This document shows positions 58,871 to 64,000 of a stretch of DNA of 64,000 bases, one piece after another; position 1 is the stretch's first letter, and each line of letters opens with the position of its first letter. Made by a program: the position numbers and the translations under genes. The stretch covers positions 226,767 through 290,766 of the forward strand of contig CAYMSV010000002.1 of NCBI GenBank assembly GCA_964393205.1, written 5' to 3'. This DNA comes from an uncultured Pseudomonadales bacterium (lineage in GTDB: Bacteria > Patescibacteriota > Microgenomatia > UBA1400 > PJMF01). The notes beneath the pieces were generated by a model. That model ran no database searches. It saw only the letters and a program-made list of their open reading frames with translations, and was not told where the DNA came from.

Positions 58871-58896
58871 AAACCCGCAATCAAGGCGGGTTTTTT
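58871..58896 (+). terminator. Rho-independent terminator, downstream of the DUF2207 gene and upstream of thrS
   Basis: aaacccgcAATCAAGgcgggtttttt: a 6-bp GC-rich stem plus a T6 run. Confidence 0.6.
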
Positions 58897-58942
58897 GATG
58901 GTAATTATCTACAAAATTCATTAAAATGATTAATAGACAAAG

Positions 58943-60973
58943 ATGGAAGGATTTATGAATCAAGAAGAAAAATTATTCGCTCTACGCCACAGTGCGGAGC
59001 ATGTATTGACCTTAGCTATGGAGCGACTGTATTCGCCCAACAAAAAAAATCAAGGTTTAATTAAGACTGCTAGTGGGCAATTCAAACTTACTAAGCCAGC
59101 GATTGTTAAGGCGATGGGGCCAGCAATAGAGGAAGGCTTTTATTTTGATTTTGACTTATCAAAGGAGGCAGAAAAAGCAGGCTTTCGTTTAATTGAGGCG
59201 GATTTAGCTAAAATTGAAAAAGAAATGGGCAAACTCATTGGTCAAAATTTGTTGATGGAAAGACTGGAGGTGCCAATTGATTTAGCTAGAGCAATTTTTT
59301 ATGACAATCCTTATAAACAGGAGTTATTGGATGAGCTTGCAAAATTAGATGCTAGTCAAACCCAAGTGGATGAATCTTCACTACGCCTTGATCAAGAGCA
59401 TAATCTGGTTCGTCCAGGGATAGTGAGTATTTATTTAACTGGTAATGCTGCACAAATTAAAGCTGATAAGGAATTATTGGAAGGTTTAGATTCAGCTAAA
59501 TTAAGCAATAAAAAAAGTCAGATTGATTTGCAAAGTTTTGTAGATCTCTGCAAAGGTCCCCATGTTGGCAGTATTGGTGAAATTAAGGCTTTTAAGTTGT
59601 TGAGTATTGCCGGTGCTTATTGGCGGGGGACAGAAGACAATAAGATGTTAACTCGCATTTACGGAACGGCATTTGCCAAGCAAGCGGATTTGGAAGAATA
59701 TTTAACCAATCGTCAATTAGCGCTAGAGCGTAATCATCGCAAAATTGGTAAAGAAATGGGACTCTTTGCTGTCATCAGTGAGATTGGTCAGGGTCTACCA
59801 GTTTGGTTACCCAATGGTTATGCAATGCGCCGAGCTATTGAAGATTATATGATTAAATTTGAACGTAGTTTCGGTTATAGTCACGTCTTAACTCCTCATA
59901 TTAATCGCAAAGAATTGTTTGAGAAGTCAGGACATTTAGGCTTTTATGATGAAAATATGTACCCACCTTTGACTTATCATGAGGAGGGAGAGGATTCGGT
60001 TGCCGATGAAACATATTATCTAAAGCCAATGAACTGTCCAGCAGCGATGATGATTTATAATCTTCAGCCTCACAGCTATCGTGAGTTACCACTAAAGATG
60101 GGTGAATTTGGCACTGTTTATCGGCGCGAAAAATCTGGAGAACTGCATGGTTTACAGCGAGTGCGAGGATTTACGCAAAATGATGCTCACATTTTTTGTA
60201 CAGCAGATCAGCTTAAAGAACAGTTTCTAGAAGTCATGGAAATGTTGGAGATTTTTTATAAAGCAGTCGGTTTTGATAACTACAAATTTCGTTTATCTAT
60301 TTCTGATCCAGAAGATAAAAAATTTCAGGCTTGCGGTTCACCAGCTGATTGGCAAAAGGCAGAAGATACAATGCGCCAAATTCTCAAGGAAGCTGGAGTG
60401 GAATATGAAGAGGTTAAGGGTGATGCTGCTTTTTATGGTCCCAAGCTCGACGTTCAAGCAATTAACGTTTTTGGTAAAGAGGATAGTGTTTCTACCATCC
60501 AAGTTGACTTTAATTTACCAGAGCGTTTCGACGTTAGCTATATCGATGAAAAAGGTGAAAAGCAACGACCCTTTATTATCCATCGGGCACTAGTCGGTTC
60601 TTTTGAGCGTTTCTTTTCTTTCCTAATTGAGCATCATGGTGGTGATTTTCCTTTGTGGTTTGCGCCAGTACAAGCTAAATTGTTGCCAATTGCTGATCGG
60701 CATTTAGATTACGCTCAAAAAGTTATGAAGAAGTTATTGGCGGCAGGGGTCAGAGTAGAAATTGATAATCGCTCGGAGCGCTTACAAGCGAAAATTCGTC
60801 AAGCTGAAACAGAGAGAGTGCCTCTCATGCTAATTGTTGGTGATCAGGAGGTAGAAAAAGAAGAATTGAGTCTGCGTACTCGTGCTCAAGCTCAAGGTTT
60901 ACTGCCCGAAGGTTCGATTAAGTTAGAAAAAATAATTAGTGTCGCAACCGCACTGCCAAAACTCAGCTTATAG
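58943..60973 (+). CDS. thrS: Threonyl-tRNA synthetase (lacks N-terminal TGS domain)
   Basis: An N2 editing-domain HxxxH motif near the N-terminus (RHSAEHVL). Class II catalytic core (RVRGFTQNDAHIF, HRALVGSFERFFSFLIEHHGGDFPLWFAPVQ). C-terminal anticodon-binding domain. Confidence 0.9.
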   Translation: MEGFMNQEEKLFALRHSAEHVLTLAMERLYSPNKKNQGLIKTASGQFKLTKPAIVKAMGPAIEEGFYFDFDLSKEAEKAGFRLIEADLAKIEKEMGKLIGQNLLMERLEVPIDLARAIFYDNPYKQELLDELAKLDASQTQVDESSLRLDQEHNLVRPGIVSIYLTGNAAQIKADKELLEGLDSAKLSNKKSQIDLQSFVDLCKGPHVGSIGEIKAFKLLSIAGAYWRGTEDNKMLTRIYGTAFAKQADLEEYLTNRQLALERNHRKIGKEMGLFAVISEIGQGLPVWLPNGYAMRRAIEDYMIKFERSFGYSHVLTPHINRKELFEKSGHLGFYDENMYPPLTYHEEGEDSVADETYYLKPMNCPAAMMIYNLQPHSYRELPLKMGEFGTVYRREKSGELHGLQRVRGFTQNDAHIFCTADQLKEQFLEVMEMLEIFYKAVGFDNYKFRLSISDPEDKKFQACGSPADWQKAEDTMRQILKEAGVEYEEVKGDAAFYGPKLDVQAINVFGKEDSVSTIQVDFNLPERFDVSYIDEKGEKQRPFIIHRALVGSFERFFSFLIEHHGGDFPLWFAPVQAKLLPIADRHLDYAQKVMKKLLAAGVRVEIDNRSERLQAKIRQAETERVPLMLIVGDQEVEKEELSLRTRAQAQGLLPEGSIKLEKIISVATALPKLSL

Positions 60974-61000
60974 TTCTATAAGCTGAGTTGTTGTTTATTT
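60962..61000. terminator. Bidirectional rho-independent terminator between convergent thrS and rplA
   Basis: A perfect 11-bp inverted repeat ctcagcttata-GTTC-tataagctgag (60962-60987) overlaps the thrS stop codon. It is followed by a T-rich run on the plus strand and TTTTGG on the minus strand. Confidence 0.6.
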
Positions 61001-61873
61001 TTCTTCTTCTATTTTGTAATCGACTTTGATTGCTGGTCCCATACTGGGAGCAATAGCTAGTTTGACAACTTTATTCTTCAAAGCTCTCATAACAGTTATT
61101 AAATTTTCTTTGATTTTTTTGTCATCCATGCTAACTTTGCCAATTACCAGATGCATAAGAGGTGCTTTTTTTTCAGTTTTCAGTGTAAAGGCTCCAGCTT
61201 CCATTTCTTTTTTCTTAACTTCTGGTTTAGGAGTTAGAGTGCCATTTTTAGGATTTGGCATTAAACCCTTGGGGCCAAGAATTTTGGCTAATTTAGCAAG
61301 TTTAGGCATCAATTCTGGTGTAGCCAATAATACATCAAAATCAATTTCTCCCTTTTCGACATTCGCTAAGACTTTATCATCGGCAATTACAACTTTTACA
61401 TCTTTGCCAGTGCTGTGAGGGAGTTTGAGATCAACGCTGGTGCCAATTTCTTTAACTACAATATGAGCATCAATGGAAGCATCAAACTTAGCGTATGAGA
61501 ATTTTTTGACCAGAGTAATGGCTTTTTCAGGGCTATAAGTCTTGGTTTTATCTAATTGAGCTCTAACTGCTTGATATTTTTTGCCACGAACTTTTTTAGA
61601 TTTTTTTTGTTTCTGAGTTTTTTCATCTTTAGTGCTGTCTTTTTCTTCAACTTTTTCTTCAGTTTTTTCTTTTTTAGCAGCAGCTTTTGATTCAGTAGTT
61701 GGCTTTGACTTAGTTTTTTTTGCAGACTCTTTTTTAGTCTTTTTCTCAGTTTTTGGCTCAGCTTTTTTCTCAGACTTTTTCTCAGTTTTTGGCTCAGTAA
61801 CTTTTTCTTCGAGTTCGATTTTTTTAACCTCACTCTCAGTTTGAGTCATGTCAACATTTTTTTTGCTTCCCAT
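60995..61873 (-). CDS. rplA: 50S ribosomal protein L1 with ~95-aa Lys/Glu-rich N-terminal extension
   Basis: L1 core from GKKYQAVRAQLDKTKTYSPEKAITLVKKFSYAKFDASIDAHI onward. It is preceded in the same ORF by a K/E-rich low-complexity segment (EKKSEKKAEPKTEKKTKKESAKK...). No alternative in-frame ATG or GTG occurs near the core start. Confidence 0.85.
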   Translation of the reverse strand: MGSKKNVDMTQTESEVKKIELEEKVTEPKTEKKSEKKAEPKTEKKTKKESAKKTKSKPTTESKAAAKKEKTEEKVEEKDSTKDEKTQKQKKSKKVRGKKYQAVRAQLDKTKTYSPEKAITLVKKFSYAKFDASIDAHIVVKEIGTSVDLKLPHSTGKDVKVVIADDKVLANVEKGEIDFDVLLATPELMPKLAKLAKILGPKGLMPNPKNGTLTPKPEVKKKEMEAGAFTLKTEKKAPLMHLVIGKVSMDDKKIKENLITVMRALKNKVVKLAIAPSMGPAIKVDYKIEEEK

Positions 61874-61956
61874 AATTCCTTTCAGTAAAAGTGGTCTTAG
61901 CGACTGGGGTAAAGCTTAAGTCTACCACTTTAATATTTATTAAATTTTATGATTAT

Positions 61957-62382
61957 TTAGTCAACGATATCAACACCCATGCTTTGAGCGGAACCCATGA
62001 CAATACGAGTTGCAGCTTCAAGATCTTGAGTATTAAGATCGGCTAATTTTTCCTCAGCAATTTCTCTTGCTTGAGCTTTAGTTAATTTGCCTTTATTTTC
62101 TCTGCCGGCTAGGGAACTGCCTTTTTTTAGTTTAATTTTTTGCTTAATTAAGTCAGAAACTGGAGGCAGTTTGAGAACAAAGGTGAATGAACGATCTTCA
62201 TAAACAGTAATTTCTGCAGGAATGATTTGTCCGCGTTTGTCTGCGCTTAAATCATTATATTGTTTAATGAAATCCATCATGTTAATTCCAGCTTGACCAA
62301 GAATTGGACCCACTGGAGGGGCTGGTGTAGCATTACCAGCTGGTAAGTTGAGTTTTAAGATTTGTTTGACTTTTTTTGCCAT
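61957..62382 (-). CDS. rplK: 50S ribosomal protein L11
   Basis: MAKKVKQILKLNLPAGNATPAPPVGPILGQAGINMMDFIKQYN is the canonical L11 N-terminal domain. Confidence 0.9.
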   Translation of the reverse strand: MAKKVKQILKLNLPAGNATPAPPVGPILGQAGINMMDFIKQYNDLSADKRGQIIPAEITVYEDRSFTFVLKLPPVSDLIKQKIKLKKGSSLAGRENKGKLTKAQAREIAEEKLADLNTQDLEAATRIVMGSAQSMGVDIVD

Positions 62383-62396
62383 TTAAATACTTTCTA

Positions 62397-63170
62397 TTAA
62401 ACCTTTTTGACTTGTAAGAAATCTAATTCTACTGGAGTTTCTCGACCAAAAATATTAATTAAAACAGTAACCTTACCTCTTTCTTCATCGATTTGGTCAA
62501 CAGTGCCCAAGAAGTCGTTGAAAGGACCATCGGTAATACGTACTGCTTCACCATCAACAAAGTCAGCTTTGTATTGAGTGTCGCTTTGTTCAGCATATTC
62601 CATAATTGCTTCGACCTCACTTTTTGGCAGTGGGGTGGGGCGACTACTCATGCCCACGAAGCCAGTTACTCCTTCAGTAGTGCGAATAGCGAGCCAAGCA
62701 TTATCTGTCATTTCCATTTCTACTAAAATGTAGCCGGGAAAAATCTTTTCACTGACAGTACGACGCTGTCCGCGTCTGATTTGAATTTTGTCTTGAGTAG
62801 GAATAAATACTCGCAAAATTTTATCAAGTAAATGCAGGGTTTCAGTTCGTTGTCTTAGGGCTTCTGCCACTTTTTTTTCGTGACCAGAATAGACGTGCAC
62901 CACATACCAACGAGCTTTTTTGTTAGTTAAATCACTAATAAAAATTAAATTCTCATTAACCTGTTTTTCATTCTCGATTTCTTTTTTTTCTTCAGTTTCT
63001 TTTTCTTTTTTGCTTGCAGCTTTTTTTTCTACAGCTTTCTTTTCTGAGACAACACTTTTTTTAGCAGTTTTTGCTTTTTTTGTCTTAGATTTTGCTGGTT
63101 TTTTTGTTTCTACCACAACTTCATCTGCTTTTTCAGCTTTTGTACTAGTGGTTTTTTTGCGCTTTGCCAT
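62397..63170 (-). CDS. nusG: Transcription antiterminator NusG with ~85-aa Lys-rich N-terminal extension
   Basis: NGN domain ARWYVVHVYSGHEKKVAEAL. C-terminal KOW (GEAVRITDGPFNDFLGTV). Preceded by a K-rich segment (KSKTKKAKTAKKSVVSEKKAVEKKAASKKEKETEEKK). Confidence 0.85.
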   Translation of the reverse strand: MAKRKKTTSTKAEKADEVVVETKKPAKSKTKKAKTAKKSVVSEKKAVEKKAASKKEKETEEKKEIENEKQVNENLIFISDLTNKKARWYVVHVYSGHEKKVAEALRQRTETLHLLDKILRVFIPTQDKIQIRRGQRRTVSEKIFPGYILVEMEMTDNAWLAIRTTEGVTGFVGMSSRPTPLPKSEVEAIMEYAEQSDTQYKADFVDGEAVRITDGPFNDFLGTVDQIDEERGKVTVLINIFGRETPVELDFLQVKKV

Positions 63171-63214
63171 AAATGCCTTTTGACTTGCTTTTTGCGAAAA
63201 GTAATTATACCAGA

Positions 63215-63415
63215 TTAAACGAAAACTGCCATTAGCTTTTGAAAGATGAAATCAAAGAGTCCTACATAGAGGGCTAATAGTAGACTAACAACAATTACCA
63301 GCACAGTTAGATTCTTGGTAGCTTCTTTATCTGGCCAGCTAGTTTTTCCAAGTTCAGTTTTAACTTCGACTAAATAGTTTTTAATTGCTTGCAACATAGA
63401 GTGGCATTCTATCAC
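63215..63415 (-). CDS. secE: Preprotein translocase subunit SecE
   Basis: 66 aa, a single TM (LTVLVIVVSLLLALYVGLFDFIF), immediately upstream of nusG in the canonical order. Confidence 0.7.
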   Translation of the reverse strand: MIECHSMLQAIKNYLVEVKTELGKTSWPDKEATKNLTVLVIVVSLLLALYVGLFDFIFQKLMAVFV

Positions 63416-63972
63416 AAATCAAGTTTTTTATTTTCTGGAATTGCTAGTTGTTCTTGTTCTATTTTTTGTTTAATTTTTTGTTCTATTTTGTTCTGATTTT
63501 TTTTATTGCTCATATCCTTTTTCTTTTTTGAGGATTTTTGCGGATCTTGAGTTAAGCCTAGAATAATAAAAACTATAGCAATTATTATTAATAAACCAGC
63601 TAGGGCTAAATATTGCCAATTAAAACTATTGAAAAAATTAGCTAGAGCTGCTGATAAATTAGCAAAAATAGCTGTGGGTTTCTTTTCAGCAATTTCTTCT
63701 TTGTCCTCATCAGCAATCGCCGTTGGTTCTGTTTCCAATTTGTCAGTTTCTACTTCCTCTATTTCGGCTGAAATAGTGTTAGATTCAATTGTTGGCTCTG
63801 GAGTAGCACTGAGGGTTGCTTCTTCACTCAGCTTTTCATCTTCTTCAAGACTAATGTCTTTTTTCTCAATAACTTCTATTGGTTGAACGACAACAGCTGC
63901 CTCTTCACAAGTTGGGCTTTCAGGATTGCTAGCTAGGCGACAACGACCTTGATAACAACGATAATTAGCCAT
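63412..63972 (-). CDS. Hypothetical membrane protein (N-terminal Cys cluster, acidic linker, one TM, K-rich tail) translationally coupled to secE
   Basis: MANYRCYQGRCRLASNPESPTCEEA... then an E/D-rich region, TM LALAGLLIIIAIVFIILGL, and a KKKKDMSNKKNQNK tail. 4-bp overlap with the secE start. Confidence 0.4.
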   Translation of the reverse strand: MANYRCYQGRCRLASNPESPTCEEAAVVVQPIEVIEKKDISLEEDEKLSEEATLSATPEPTIESNTISAEIEEVETDKLETEPTAIADEDKEEIAEKKPTAIFANLSAALANFFNSFNWQYLALAGLLIIIAIVFIILGLTQDPQKSSKKKKDMSNKKNQNKIEQKIKQKIEQEQLAIPENKKLDL

Positions 63973-64000
63973 ACAGTCGCGATTAGTATTACAACCGTGA

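Noticed and set aside
61026-61844. Three ORFs (130, 93 and 70 aa) overlapping rplA on both strands
   Set aside because: They arise from the K/E-rich low-complexity coding region of L1, which is open in several frames. L1 homology defines the true frame.
63412-63972. Ribosomal protein L33 (rpmG) upstream of secE, as in the canonical rpmG-secE-nusG order
   Set aside because: The N-terminal Cys-containing segment does not match the L33 zinc-ribbon pattern. The protein is 186 aa with a TM helix. It is kept as a hypothetical membrane protein.
1-64000. Alternative genetic code (UGA recoded, as in some CPR lineages)
   Set aside because: Many long conserved genes (leuS, thrS, rho, radA) terminate at or contain no internal TGA. 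The TGA, TAA and TAG stops give full-length orthologue-sized products. Code 11 is consistent.
1-64000. CRISPR arrays, rRNA genes, transposases or integrases
   Set aside because: No short direct-repeat/spacer periodicity was seen. There is no rRNA-like conserved sequence and no DDE or tyrosine-recombinase catalytic domain. The only integrase-related signal is the N-terminal SAM-like domain of the giant protein, which lacks a catalytic domain.

Overview
This 64 kb window is an AT-rich bacterial chromosomal segment read with the standard genetic code. TGA, TAA and TAG all terminate long intact ORFs, so UGA recoding is excluded. It is gene-dense and uses both strands. Several gene pairs overlap by 4 bp (ATGA), which indicates translational coupling.

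Housekeeping genes recognised directly from the translations:
- radA, rho (with a ~760 nt upstream leader), obg, leuS, ndk, mreB, a MurF-like Mur ligase, murD, and thrS, which lacks the N-terminal TGS domain.
- A split ribosomal cluster. secE-nusG-rplK-rplA is on the minus strand. It is separated from rplJ-rplL by a convergent thrS and a DUF2207 membrane protein.
- Two minus-strand tRNAs, tRNA-Arg(CCT) and tRNA-Pro(CGG), folded by hand.

Cell-envelope genes: a SpoIID/LytB-like protein, a VanW protein, an M23/LysM peptidase, a TagA/WecG-like glycosyltransferase, a PEGA/TolB-like protein, an orphan solute-binding protein, comEA, and a two-ORF comEC.

Two accessory-like regions stand out.

Region 1 is a cell-surface island at roughly 13.0-27.8 kb. 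It contains:
- a Wzy_C (O-antigen-ligase-family) membrane protein fused to TPR repeats;
- three tandem paralogous type IV pilin genes diverging from it;
- two small secreted or anchored proteins;
- a 2514-aa giant protein. Its apparent architecture is an N-terminal phage-integrase SAM-like (core-binding-like) cytoplasmic domain, one TM helix, a very long extracellular region of tail-fibre-like VGIGT-motif repeats, and an internal S74-type intramolecular-chaperone-like autoprocessing motif.
- Inside that gene, a perfect tandem DNA duplication of ~1.24 kb with period 1290 bp.
- A PaaX-like regulator next to it.

Region 2 is an operon at 37.1-48.0 kb. It encodes a 2375-aa secreted protein with two arrays of ~47-residue Kelch-like propeller repeats followed by FN3 / purple-acid-phosphatase-N-like domains. 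A small anchored FN3 protein follows. Then come a MacB/FtsEX-type ABC ATPase and a permease with a ~600-aa extracytoplasmic domain.

Other observations: lysine-rich N-terminal extensions of ~85-95 aa on L1 and NusG, and the monoderm-type gene content (SpoIID-like, VanW, YvcK, DUF2207, ComEA/ComEC). The split ribosomal cluster and these features are compatible with a small-genome lineage such as Patescibacteria/CPR. That placement is an inference only.

No CRISPR array, rRNA, transposase or stand-alone integrase was seen.
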